Source: Squalus acanthias
Taxonomy: Eukaryota
Direction of reading: 5' to 3'
DNA: 64,000 nucleotides
Assembly: GCA_030390025.1 (NCBI GenBank)
Contig: CM059425.1
Span: forward strand, 169,944,001 to 170,008,000
Part shown: one piece after another, positions 50,565-61,766 of the stretch
Layout: each line of letters starts with the position of its first letter
Numbering within the stretch: the stretch's first letter is position 1
Made by a program: the position numbers and the translations under genes
Notes under the pieces: generated by a model
Told to the model about the DNA's origin: nothing
Databases searched by the model: none
Seen by the model: the letters and a program-made list of their open reading frames with translations, nothing else

Positions 50565-51064
50565 NNNNNNNNNNNNNNNNNNNNNNNNNNNNNNNNNNNN
50601 NNNNNNNNNNNNNNNNNNNNNNNNNNNNNNNNNNNNNNNNNNNNNNNNNNNNNNNNNNNNNNNNNNNNNNNNNNNNNNNNNNNNNNNNNNNNNNNNNNNN
50701 NNNNNNNNNNNNNNNNNNNNNNNNNNNNNNNNNNNNNNNNNNNNNNNNNNNNNNNNNNNNNNNNNNNNNNNNNNNNNNNNNNNNNNNNNNNNNNNNNNNN
50801 NNNNNNNNNNNNNNNNNNNNNNNNNNNNNNNNNNNNNNNNNNNNNNNNNNNNNNNNNNNNNNNNNNNNNNNNNNNNNNNNNNNNNNNNNNNNNNNNNNNN
50901 NNNNNNNNNNNNNNNNNNNNNNNNNNNNNNNNNNNNNNNNNNNNNNNNNNNNNNNNNNNNNNNNNNNNNNNNNNNNNNNNNNNNNNNNNNNNNNNNNNNN
51001 NNNNNNNNNNNNNNNNNNNNNNNNNNNNNNNNNNNNNNNNNNNNNNNNNNNNNNNNNNNNNNNN
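50565..51064. other. Assembly gap (500 N)
   Basis: Run of N. Confidence 1.
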
Positions 51065-51534
51065 GCCAGTCTGTGAAATCGACAACGAGGATGTCGGGTC
51101 TCCCGATCCAGAGAGGATGAAGGCTGTAGGAAGAAAACAAGGTAAGTGAACATTTTTTTACACTTATCACTCACCTTACATACTTACAACTCCACACTTG
51201 CACCCATCACTCACCTCTACATCTTACTTCCAGGTGCCTCCGACCGCCGCAGACCTCCTTCACATCTCCTCCAACCCGATAGGGTTCTCCGAGGTCGGGA
51301 AGCCTTCACCTGTGAAGGAAAAATGGCACTAATCCTTTTTTCTGCCTGTTAACTACCTGTATTTAATGCCTTTCCTGCCTCCAGGAGACGGGACCCGAAG
51401 CAGCACACCTTCCCGCCTCCTGGCAAAAGGGCACAGAGGCGGGATGGGGGCGGGTTTGCCATCCGCCCCCACTTTCTGCTACTTTACCGGCAGTCCCGCC
51501 TCCATGCACGCCTCCTTGGGGCTGAGAAAATCCA

Positions 51535-51730
51535 GATCATATTGTTGTTCCTTCATTGTTGCTGGGTCAAAAATCCTGGAACTCCCTACCTAACAGCATT
51601 GAGGGAGTACCTTCACCACATGCACTGCAGTGTTTCAAGAAGGCCTAAAACCATCTTCTGAAGGAAAACTAGAGATGGACAATTAATGCTGGTCTTGTCA
51701 GCAATGCCCATATCCCGAGAATGAATAAAC
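51535..51730 (+). mobile_element. Crack-like LINE 3' tail fragment
   Basis: Matches 10118-10290. Confidence 0.8.
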
Positions 51731-52675
51731 AATATCTTGGGGTTTCTTCAGGAAACAAGCAGTCACTTGTTTCCTTGAAAGAAAGAAAAATGGCCTGACC
51801 TTATTCCATTAGTCACCAAATGATTCTCACTACAAGAAATTTAAAGTTTTCATTCTGTAATAGGGTTAGTCTGATAGTAAGAGAACAACTGCATTTGTTT
51901 GAATCTTGCCTATCTGTGAAATCATAAGGTTTAAGGGAAGCTGGGACTGCATTACTACCCACTGGGGGATTGTTAAGAGAGAGACTAATTTGAATCTTGC
52001 CTCTCTGCAAAATCATAAGGTTTAAGCAGAGTCAATATCATTGTCCTAACTGCTTGCATTCTAACAGAGTGATTAAGAGAACAGTGGTTGCTACAAAGCT
52101 CCTACATCCTTCATTAGTAAGAAGACAGCTGTGGCCTGAAGATTGCTTAAAACTGAGATTCACACAGTTGCTTTATGGCGATGGGCATCAGCTTGAGTCA
52201 TGAAGGAGCAGGTTTTGAAGGGTGCAAACATTATATTGGGATTTAACATATGTGAGAAGAATAATGTTTGACTTGACACAGTAATGATGTGTAGGTAGCC
52301 TGCGCGGGTCATTCTTTCATAAGCACGTTAGTAAATGTAACATTTGTGTCTGCCCATGGCAAGTGAAACATTGCACTTGAAATTTTTCCATCCTTTGTTC
52401 ATTTTGTAACAGGTTCTGTGTGATTGGGGGTGTTGAATTTTATTTATTTGCACGCACCATTGTGTATCTGAGAGTGATCATGTAAACAACAGCAGAAGAA
52501 AAAGGATTACTGTATTTAAGAGGAGATCTGACAGTGGTGTCCTAAACTACAAAAAGGTAATTAGGGAAAAAACTATTTCCACTGGCAGGTGAGTCACTAA
52601 TTAGAGGCTATAATTTTAAGAATGAAGTGAGTTCAGGGAAGTATTTTTTATGCAGAAAGTTCTCAGGACGTGGAG

Positions 52676-54318
52676 GCTTAGAAATTGCATCTTGCAGCAC
52701 CTATTTTTCAGGCACTGCACAGACACCCAAGGACACAAAATGGTAGTCAGGAAGTGCGCCACCTGCCACATTGAGTAAACAAGAAGGAGGAAAAATTCAG
52801 TTGGTTGCGCCTCCTGTTAGCGCCTTAAGAGGGCCCTAATGGGGCGCAAAGCAACTAGCGCCCGGGCGCAGCGATGTTTGCGCCGCTCGCAAAATTAACT
52901 AGACATTTTGCGGCAGCACTAAACACTACTGCCACGATCTCCTGCGCCGGCAGATCGTGACGTCAGTCGAGTGCGCAACGCCCCGGTAGCGCCCCGGAGT
53001 GGATATTGAGTGGCGCCCCTGCCTTACCGCCTGCCGCTAGCAACGACAGGTTGAGGGGAGCATTTTGCAGTCAGGAAGGGACTGGGGGAGCGCTATTTAA
53101 AGGCGACCGCTTCCTGCCTTTTTTTGTTGGTGACATTTTTGAACCACGCATTCTGAGAGAGAGAGAGAGAGACTTCTGGAGAGATTCAACGCTGTGTGAA
53201 GGAGTTTTGGGTACTGAGCAGCACTTTGCAGGTTCATTTTGATTTGCCCTTCCTTGTATCGATTTAGCAGAGACTGTGGGGGCTGCACTCTGAGCTCTTT
53301 CCCTGGGCCTCTCCATTGTTCTTTCCAGCAGATTTGATGTACAGGTCTCTCCAGGCCGAGATTCAAGGCTGCAATGAGCAGGATGTGGATGGAAAGGAAG
53401 ATCAACCCTCCCCTTTAAGAACTGGCCGGCGCCATTGTGTCTGTGTTCCATTGCTGACTGACATCACATGAGCTTCGCCAGCGCTCTGAGTTAGCGCCTC
53501 ACTCCTCGGCCTTTGCGCCTTAAGACAGGTGTGTAGTGCCTGATTTAGCGCTCCAATCACCTCCAGGGGCGATAAAAGTCAAGTTTGCAGTTGGAGGCGA
53601 TAATTAGCGCCAGGCACTAATCTTTGCGCCCGGCCGATAATTGCACCCCAAACGGGGCGATACTGAATTTCTCCCCCGAGGTGTCCTTTAACCAAGCCAG
53701 AAGCAGGCGTTAGACCCTTTGCACATGCAAATAAGGGGCCCGAGTGCCAGCTTGAGGTCCCCGCTCAAACATTGGTTTGCCCTGAGGCGGCATTCAGGGA
53801 AACCCGCACTAGGGATCATCTGCAACGGATAAGATAAGTCACTTACCTGAATGTAGAGCCAGGAGGAACAGGACAACTCCGCCCAACCCTACATTAAAGA
53901 AACCGATCGTCACCACTCCCGACCCCAACCCTCGATCTCCCACCACCCCTACCCCCGGACCCAAGACCCCAACCACCAATCTCCCAACCCCCATCCCACG
54001 ACTCCCGATCTCCCTCCTCCCCAGACCTGAGCCCATGGCACCAGGCCCTTCAACCTGATTCCAACCCCCAGCCTGACCCGTGTTGTTCCCCCCCTCCCAT
54101 CTTGGACTGGACCCCCGAACACACTTTACTCGCAGCAGCCCAATTTCTTAGCAGTCCGCTGCAGTCTTCGTCGGCAGGGTGTAGTGCCATGCTGGCTCTA
54201 TTACAATGTGATCGGAGGCCCAGTAACAAGGGTGTCTCCGACCTCACCATTCTGGCGCAGGGTATTTACTGTGCACCGCTCGCGCGGCAAAAAATGGTCG
54301 ATCCTGAATTTCTGGGTC
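52676..54318. mobile_element. Non-autonomous Harbinger-like element (octamer-motif family) hosting MITE copy 3
   Basis: Ends ggcttagaaatt / aatttctgggtc; ttagaccctttgcacatgcaaataagggg at 53710. Confidence 0.6.
52786..53677. mobile_element. ~890-bp non-autonomous Harbinger element, copy 3
   Basis: Colinear with 20596-21488; flanks gaa/gag. Confidence 0.92.
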
Positions 54319-54927
54319 ATAATGTCTTACTAAAAGCACTGGAGGAAGCAGAATCCAGAATACTTTTTAAAAGGAAGTGAATAAATATTGAAATAAGAAA
54401 AAAAATAGTATGGGGAACAGCAGCGAAATTGAACTAAGTTTTCTTTCTGAGAACTGGCAGAGATGCAATGTGCCAAATGGTCTCCATCTGTGCTGTAAAA
54501 TTCAATCATTCTGTTCTATCAGCTTAGATGGAGAATCCTAGAAGAACTGTACCACTATTCTACTTCTCTTTGGGGGAGCAATTAATTATAGCCCAGGAAT
54601 GGGCGGTAACTCTTGAAAAGTTTGAGAATTAGCGCCAGGCGCTAATGAATCACGCTGCACGCAAAATTGAGTCTCATCGCTCAAAGAAAGGATTGGAGCA
54701 CTAAATCAAACGCTCATGGCCTAGCTCAGTGGCGCTACACTTAAAGCGCTAACCAATATCAGGTGCAGTCTAATCGCAAGTCATCATTGCCACAGGCTTT
54801 TTCCAGTTCTTACAGGGGAGATTCATTGATGCTGCAGAGCCTCATTCTCAGCATTGCTGGCTGTTAACCTGTGTCAGCAAGCAGGAGCAGGCCAAGCCCA
54901 AGAAGCCAGATGACTCAAGCAGGTGTC

Positions 54928-56489
54928 ATGATGGCAGATCCACGCCCCAGGGAGAGAGCCCGCAGATTTTCGGACCAAGCATTGGAGGAGTAGGTGTCCG
55001 CTGTGGAGAGGCAGAGGGCAGTGCTCTACCCAGCAAGTGGCAGGAGGTCCTCGCTGCAAGTCTTCCGTGCCATGTGGAGGGAGGTTGCCCAGCATGTCTC
55101 GGGCAGCACAATGGTCTCCAGGACTCACACTCAGTGCAGGAAGAAATTTAATGACCTCACTCAGGTGGTCAGGGTGAGTCAATGCCTCAACAAATGCTAC
55201 ATACCACCGTCTGAACCACAGTCTGCACACACTGGCCAAAGCACCACAACCCCATTGCTCACCCACCAACAATCTCTACCTACCAATACTTACATCCACA
55301 TCTCACACCTTGCACACAATGACAGCTCTTCAACTATGGCAGGCACATCACCCAAAGACATTGCTCCACACTCACTCACACAGTGCAGGAAGAAATTTAA
55401 TGACCTCAGTCAGGTGGTCAGGGAGAGTCAACGCCTCAACAAATGGCCTTCCTTTCCTTTCTCTTGCAGGCCAAGATGGCTCACAACAGGAGGGAGCAGG
55501 AGCGCACATGCGGGGAACAAGCCGACACCCAAACACGGTCTGCGCTGGAAAATAGAGTGCTGGAGATTATTGGGCACCAGATGGTGGGCACCATGGCCAC
55601 CGGCGACATTGACCCCCTTGGGGACAACAACGGTATGTTCATCCCTACTCCTTCTTCTCACATCCCACTTCCCGCTCACCCCACAAGCCTTTCGCACTTT
55701 CCAGCTAATCATGCTATATGCATGCATTTCTCCCTTCCTGCCCCCTCCCCTCACCTTAACCCGACTCTTGTGCCTTTATGCTTTCAGATAATGAGCAAGT
55801 GCCTGAGCAGCCTGTCCCTGAGGGCACCATAGAGAGCAAGGCAGAAGAAGAGGAGGAAGAAGAACACGCCGCGTCACTGCATGTCTCACCCGCAGGCACC
55901 AGCTCAGATACTGGCACTACGCGTTCTTTAGAGGCTAGTATAGTAGCTGGATCTACACAGAATGATGCACCGGGAACGAGCGGGTTGCAGCAAGGCCAAG
56001 GGGAAAGGTTAGCTCGGGGGCCAGCTCCCCGGAGGGCGAGTTCGCACGCGAGTTCTGCTGCACAGGATGAGGACCTCAATGGGGAGACCTTTAGAAGAAG
56101 GGTGATGGGCATGCACATGGAGAAGATAGGTGCAATGGCAAGGGTGCCCTGTCTGTGCTGCAACAGATTGCTAGCGATGCTGAGGTGCTGCCCCGGGGAG
56201 TGGCAGTGGGTCAGTGGAGCAGGAACCTGCTGTCCTCTCTCAGGGTGACAGCATTCCTGCTCCCACCACTGCCACTCTGCCATTGCCCTTGTCGCTGCCT
56301 GTCATTCAGCCATCCCAGACTGCTGCCGCCCATGCTGAGGTGGTGCAGTCTACAGCCGGGCCTTCCAGGCCCAGAGCTGGTCGAGGGCGTCCTGCAAGGC
56401 CATCTGAAGTCTCCCGCACGGACACTCAGCAGCCTTCCACCAGCCATGCTGCAGTCACTGGACCAACACTTGTAGGAGCACTAGAGTAG
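54928..56489 (+). pseudogene. Harbinger Myb/SANT-like DNA-binding protein gene, 3 exons (54928-55173, 55470-55632, 55788-~56489), disrupted
   Basis: RERARRFS..LE, WREVA, RTHTQCRKKFNDL; GT-AG introns with compatible phases; TAG at 54991; frame break near 56150. Confidence 0.85.
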
Positions 56490-56703
56490 ACAAAGGCACA
56501 ATACGAGAAGCACTAAGGGATTGCACAAGGGTGAATAGTTTATATTTTTAGTGTAAATCTGTGTTAACTGTTTATTGATAAATTTATTAATTCAGTTTGG
56601 ATTATTTTGTGGTGTGTCTCATTTCAGCTTTGCGCTGTGATATGGCCTGCAACAGGGATGGAATGAGGGGGATGTGGTGAGCAATGGGGATCCGGGGTTT
56701 AAT

Positions 56704-57927
56704 TTATTGGAACCGCAGTCTGATGAGGCTGTCATGGACCACCCTTCCGGAAGGCCGATTGAGTGGCTGCCTCCTCCCTCGCTCCTGTTCCTCCTCCTCC
56801 TCCTCCTCCTCCTCCTCATCCTCCTCCTCTTCCTCCTCGTCCTCCTCCTCTCCCTCTTTCTCCTCCTGAGGTGGTCCTGCAATCCCTGGTGGCAAGGGCT
56901 GGGCCTTCATGATGGCCAAGTTGTGGAGGATGCAGCAGACCACGAAGAAATGGGACACCCGCTCTGGCGAGTACTGGAGGGCTCCTCCCGAGAGGTCAAG
57001 GCAGCAGAACCGTTGCTTGAGCACCCCGACGGTCTGCTCGATGATGTTCCTGGTGGCAGCATGGCTCTCATTATATGAGTACTGGGCAGGAGTGTTGGGG
57101 TTGCGGAGGGGAGTCATGAGCCAGGTGGAGAGCGGATAGCCCTTGTCTTCAGCCAGCCAACCGTGAACTTGATGTGGTGGATGGAAGCGTGCTGGCACAC
57201 CGGTCTGGCGCAGGATGAAGGCATCATGGCTGCTGCCAGGATAGCGGACATTCACATTAAGAATTCACTGTCTGTGGTCACACATCAACTGCACATTAAG
57301 TGAATGGTAGCCTTTACGGTTACGGAAGACCTCAGGATTGTTTTGCGGTGCCTGCAAAGCCACATGGGTGCAGTCAATGGCGCCCTGAACCATGGGGAAT
57401 CCCGCTATCCTGGCAAAGCCACATGCATGCTCATCCTGCTTCTCTCTGGTGATGGGGAAGGAAATGTAGTCCCTTCTCCTAATGTAGAGAGCCTCTGTGA
57501 CCTCCCGGATGCAGCGATGGACGGTGAACTGCGAGATGTTAGCTATGTCTCCTGTTGCAGACTGGAAGGATCCGCTGGTGAAGAAATTGAGGGCGACGGT
57601 GACCTTGACTGCCACTGAGAGAGCCGTGGTCGTCCTGATCTGAGGCTCGAGGTCTGGTTGCAGGAGGTGGCAGACTTCTGTGACCACCTCGTTGGTGAAG
57701 CGGAACCTCCTAATACACTGCTCCTCGCTTATTTGAAGGTAGGAGAAGTGCTGTCGGAATACCCTCGGAGGGTAAGGCCTCCTGTTGAGAGCCCTGATGG
57801 CCCTCTTCCTCCTCTCTCTGGCCACATGTTCCAATCTTTCTCGCTGCCTCCGCTCCCTCCGACGTAGATCCTGGAAGGCGGGGTCGACTGCCAGTACAGC
57901 CCCCATTAATGTAACGAGGTGTAGCAC
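56704..57927 (-). pseudogene. Harbinger (HARBI1-like) DDE transposase with a single in-frame stop at 57265-57267
   Basis: GAIDCTH, RYPGSSHD, DKGY, IIEQTVG, poly-E tail; the two ORFs are in frame. Confidence 0.93.
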
Positions 57928-58182
57928 TTTGATATGTTGTGAGAATAAATGTAACTACTTTTTATTAGCCACAACTCTTCGGAGACTAAACAACCTTTAA
58001 ATGACTGAATTAAACTGTTGCACAATGTCAAACTGTCAAGGAAGCAGTGAAACTACACTAACCTGACAGCTGCGACTCATTACTCATGATCCCTTTATGC
58101 GGAGATGCCGGTGTTGGACTGGGGTGGACAAAAGTGAGAAGTCGCACAAAACCAGGTTGTAGTCCAACAGTTTTATTTGAAA

Positions 58183-58220
58183 TCACAAGCTTTCGGAGCG
58201 GCTGCTCCTTCGTCAGGTGA
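58183..58220 (-). ncRNA. Minimal type-I hammerhead ribozyme motif
   Basis: TCAC-CTGACGA-A-GGAGC-agcc-GCTCC-GAAA-GC-TT-GTGA. Confidence 0.8.
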
Positions 58221-58657
58221 AGTAAAGGAATACAAAATCGACAAAGCATATATAGATAGAGAACAATGCATGTGTAACTTACAATGGCAGACGACTACAT
58301 TTAATCCTCCTGACTGCCTTTTGTCACACCTCGGCAGATAAACAATCAGGTCAGCCAGGAAGGCACCACATCAAAGACATAGCAAAATACAACTGAGACA
58401 ATGAGGTGGGGTTACAGGGGGTCTAATGTGCCGACTGCAGCTTTTGACACATTAGACCCCCTGTAACCCCACCTCATTGTCTCAGTTGTATCTTGCTATG
58501 TCTTTGATGTGGTGCCTTCCTGGCTGACCTGATTGTTTATCTGCCGAGGTGTGACAAAAGGCAGTCAGGAGGATTAAATGTAGTCGTCTGCCATTGTAAG
58601 TTACACATGCATTGTTCTCTATCTATATATGCTTTGTCGATTTTGTATTCCTTTACT

Positions 58658-58695
58658 TCACCTGACGAAGGAGCAGCCGCTCCGAAAGCTTGTGA
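58658..58695 (+). ncRNA. Minimal type-I hammerhead ribozyme motif
   Basis: Inverted copy of 58183-58220. Confidence 0.8.
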
Positions 58696-59279
58696 TTTCA
58701 AATAAAACTGTTGGACTATAACCTGGTGTTGTGCGACTTCTCACTATGATCCCTTTAAGTAGCGCCCCTGGAGCCGGCTACCAACTGCTTGACGCCTCCG
58801 CTCCCTGTCGCTGTCGGGGCGAGGCGCTAAAGCAGGGGGCGACAATGAATTTTGCAGATCAGGCGCCCAAGGAGCGTTGCACGCTCACTGATGTGACAAT
58901 CTGCCTGGTGCTGAAGTCCCCAGCGTTAGCTCATTGCCGTGGCACTACAGGGGGGCCGGATTTGGCGTGCGTCGCTGGATTCGCCTTGCTGCGGCGCTAC
59001 TGCCTCAGCGCCCCGTTAGTGCCCCCGCCAGGTGCTAACTGGAGGCGCTAAGGTACCGAATTTCTCCCCCTCAATGTTATCCTTTCAAAACTAAAACTGC
59101 TTATTTGATGTTTATCGATATGCCTTTAGGTATTCAATGTTCCTCCCTAATAAACTTCATTTGTAATAGTTTTGCTCAGATCTATTTCTACACTTGAAAA
59201 GCTCTTCTCTAGGTTTTGTGGTCATATAGCGCCATTGAAGAAAATGTGAAACATTTATATTAATAGTTATAACAGGAAA

Positions 59280-59645
59280 AATAACAACAACAACGTGTAA
59301 TTATATAACGGCTTTTAATGAAGTAAAATGTCCCAAGGCACTTCACGGGAGTGTTATAAAACAAAATTTGACAAAGAGCCACATATGGAGATATTAGGGC
59401 AGGTGACCAAAAGCTTGGTCAAAGAGGTAGGTTTTAAGGAGCATCTTAAAGGAGGAAAGAGAGGTAGAGAGGCGGAGATGTTTAGGGAGGGAATTTCAGA
59501 GCTTAGGGACTTGGCTGCTGAAGGCACGGCCACCAATGGTTGAGCGATTAAAATCAGGAATGCTCAAGAGGCCAGAATTAGAGGAGCACAGATCTCTCGT
59601 AAGGTTGTGGGGTTGGAGAAGATTACAGAGATAGGGAGGGTCAAG
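59280..59645 (-). mobile_element. L2 LINE 3' end (continues at 61649-61740 after the PLE)
   Basis: Highly similar to 25090-25460. Confidence 0.88.
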
Positions 59646-59731
59646 ATGCGGAGATGCCAGTGTTGGACTGGGGTGGACAAAATTGAGAGGTCGCACAACA
59701 CCAGGTTATAGTCCAACAGTTTTATTTGAAA

Positions 59732-59773
59732 TCACAAGCTTTCGGAGCTATCGATTGCTCCTTCCTCAGGTGA
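59732..59773 (-). ncRNA. Minimal type-I hammerhead ribozyme motif in the PLE pLTR
   Basis: TCAC-CTGAGGA-A-GGAGC-aatcgata-GCTCC-GAAA-GC-TT-GTGA. Confidence 0.8.
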
Positions 59774-60105
59774 AGTAAATTAGATACAGAATCGCCAAAG
59801 CATATATAGATAGAAAACAAAGCATGTGTACTTTACAATTGCAGACCAATAAATTAAATCATCCTGACTATCTGCCGAGGTGTGATAAAGTTAATTAAGT
59901 CAGCCAGGAAGGTACCACATCAAAGACATAGCAAGATACAACTGAGACAATGAGGTGTAGTCGCAGGGGTTCTAACGTGTCAAAAGCTGCCGTCTGTATG
60001 TAAAACGAAAAGCTTTAACATTTTTTTACTTTTTTACTGGGAAAATTTTTACTTTTTTACTGGGAATCACATCTGTGAACAAGCTAACGACGACTCGAGT
60101 CCGGA

Positions 60106-61599
60106 TCACGTCATGTATCGTGACATAAACCCAAGATCCCGATTGAGACCGTCTTCATGAGTGCGGAACTTGGCTATCAGTTTCTGCTCGATGATTTTGC
60201 GTTGTCGTGTGTTTCTAAGGTTGCCTTGGAGAACGCTTACCCGCAGATCCGAGGCTGAATGTCCTTGACTGCTGAAGTGTTCCCCGACTGGGAGGTAACA
60301 ATCCTGCCTGGCGATTGTTGCGCGGTGCTCGTTCATACGTTGTCTCAGTGTCTGCATGGTCTCGCCGATGTACCATGCCACGGTGCATTCTTTCCTGCAA
60401 CGTATGAGGTAGACAACGTTGGCCGAGTCACATGAGTATGTACCATGTACCTGGTGGGTAGTGTCCTCACGTGTGATGGTGGTATCTGTGTTGTTGATCT
60501 GGCATGTCTTGCAGAGTTTGCCATGGCAGGGTTGTGTGGTGTCGTGGTCGCTGTTATCCTGAAAGCTGGGTAATTTGCTGCGAACGATGGTACTTCTGAG
60601 GTTAGGCGGCTGTTTGAAGGCAAGTAGTGGAGGCGTGGGGATGGCCTTAGCGAGGTGTTTGTCGTCATCGATGACATGTTGAAGGCTGCGAAGAACATGG
60701 CGTAGTTTCTCCGCTCCGGGGAAGTACTGGACGACGTAGGGTACCCTATTGGTTGTGTCCCGTGTTTGCCTTCTGAGGAGGTCTATGCGATTTTTCGCTG
60801 TGGCCCGTCGGAACTGTCGATCGATGAGTCGAGCATCATATCCCGTTCTTACGAGGGCGTTTTTCAGCGTCCGTAGGTGTCCATCGCGTTCCTCCTCGTC
60901 TGAGCAGATCCTGTGTATTCGCAGGGCTTGTCCATAGGGGATGGCTTCTTTAACATGGTTAGGGTGGAAGCTGGAGAAGTGGAGCATCGTGAGGTTGTCC
61001 GTGGGCTTGCAGTAGAGTGAAGTGCTGAGGTGTCCGTCTTTGATGGAGATTCGTGTGTCCAGGAATGAGACCGATTCTGAGGAGTAGTCCATGGTGAGTT
61101 TGATGGTGGGATGGAACTTGTTTATGTTATCGTGTAGTCTTTTCAGTGATCCTTCACCATGGGTCCAAAGGAAGAAAATGTCGTCGATATATCTGGTGTA
61201 CAGCGTTGGCTGGAGGTCCTGTGCAGCGAAGAAGTCTTGCTCGAACTTGTGCATGAAGATGTTGGCGTATTGGGGTGCGAATTTGGTCCCCATGGCTGTT
61301 CCGTGTGTTTGGGTAAAAAAATGGTTGTCGAAGGTGAAGACATTGTGGTCAAGGATGAAGCGGATGAGTTGTAGGATGGCGTCTGGAGATTGGCTGTTGT
61401 TGATGTTGAGTACTGAGGCTGTTGCAGCGATGCCGTCATCGTGGGGGATACTGGTGTAGAGTGCCGATACGTCCATCGTGGCAAGGAGTGTTCCTGGTTC
61501 AACTGGTCCGTGGGTGCTGAGTTTCTGTAAGAAGTCTGTAGTGTCGCGACAGAAGCTGGGGGTTCCCTGTACGATGGGTTTCAGAATGCCCTCGACGTA
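60106..61599 (-). CDS. Penelope reverse transcriptase + GIY-YIG endonuclease (N-terminally truncated, no internal stops)
   Basis: MDVSALYTSIP, GTAMG, RYIDDIF, FLD; NVVYLIRC...WYIGET..LRQRMNEH...GLN; the frame stays open upstream of the listed Met to YVEGILKP at 61599. Confidence 0.95.
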   Translation of the reverse strand, partial: YVEGILKPIVQGTPSFCRDTTDFLQKLSTHGPVEPGTLLATMDVSALYTSIPHDDGIAATASVLNINNSQSPDAILQLIRFILDHNVFTFDNHFFTQTHGTAMGTKFAPQYANIFMHKFEQDFFAAQDLQPTLYTRYIDDIFFLWTHGEGSLKRLHDNINKFHPTIKLTMDYSSESVSFLDTRISIKDGHLSTSLYCKPTDNLTMLHFSSFHPNHVKEAIPYGQALRIHRICSDEEERDGHLRTLKNALVRTGYDARLIDRQFRRATAKNRIDLLRRQTRDTTNRVPYVVQYFPGAEKLRHVLRSLQHVIDDDKHLAKAIPTPPLLAFKQPPNLRSTIVRSKLPSFQDNSDHDTTQPCHGKLCKTCQINNTDTTITREDTTHQVHGTYSCDSANVVYLIRCRKECTVAWYIGETMQTLRQRMNEHRATIARQDCYLPVGEHFSSQGHSASDLRVSVLQGNLRNTRQRKIIEQKLIAKFRTHEDGLNRDLGFMSRYMT

Positions 61600-61766
61600 T
61601 TTTTTCTGAGGTTAGGCGGCTGTTTGAAGGCAAGTAGTGGAGGCGTGGGGCCAGAATTAGAGGAGCACAGATCTCTCGTAAGGTTGTGGGGTTGGAGAAG
61701 ATTACAGAGATAGGGAGGGTCAAGGCCATGGAGGGATTTCAAAAAACATTTCTAGGTAAGAATTCA

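Larger units (their letters stand above)
58098..58745. mobile_element. Penelope-derived fold-back element with 298-bp arms
   Basis: Arms 58133-58430 and 58448-58745; TSD atgatcccttta at 58086-58097 and 58746-58757. Confidence 0.93.
54572..59070. mobile_element. Near-complete Harbinger/PIF transposon with convergent Myb/SANT and transposase genes
   Basis: Ends gggggagcaatt / aatttctccccc; two genes; PLE hairpin inserted at 58098. Confidence 0.88.
59646..61648 (-). mobile_element. Penelope-like element (PLE), 5'-truncated
   Basis: RT + GIY-YIG ORF, 3' UTR, pLTR with hammerhead motif; flanked by a 76-bp direct duplication. Confidence 0.95.

Noticed and set aside
50432..51174. ORFs spanning the N run
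   Set aside because: Artefacts of the assembly gap.
56704..57927. Domesticated host HARBI1/NAIF1 locus
   Set aside because: Premature stops, TIR-like ends and multiple paralogous remnants indicate a transposon, so no gene symbol was assigned.
60749..61459. Plus-strand ORFs antisense to the Penelope ORF (and similar ORFs antisense to CR1/Harbinger)
   Set aside because: Shadow ORFs of real coding sequence on the opposite strand.
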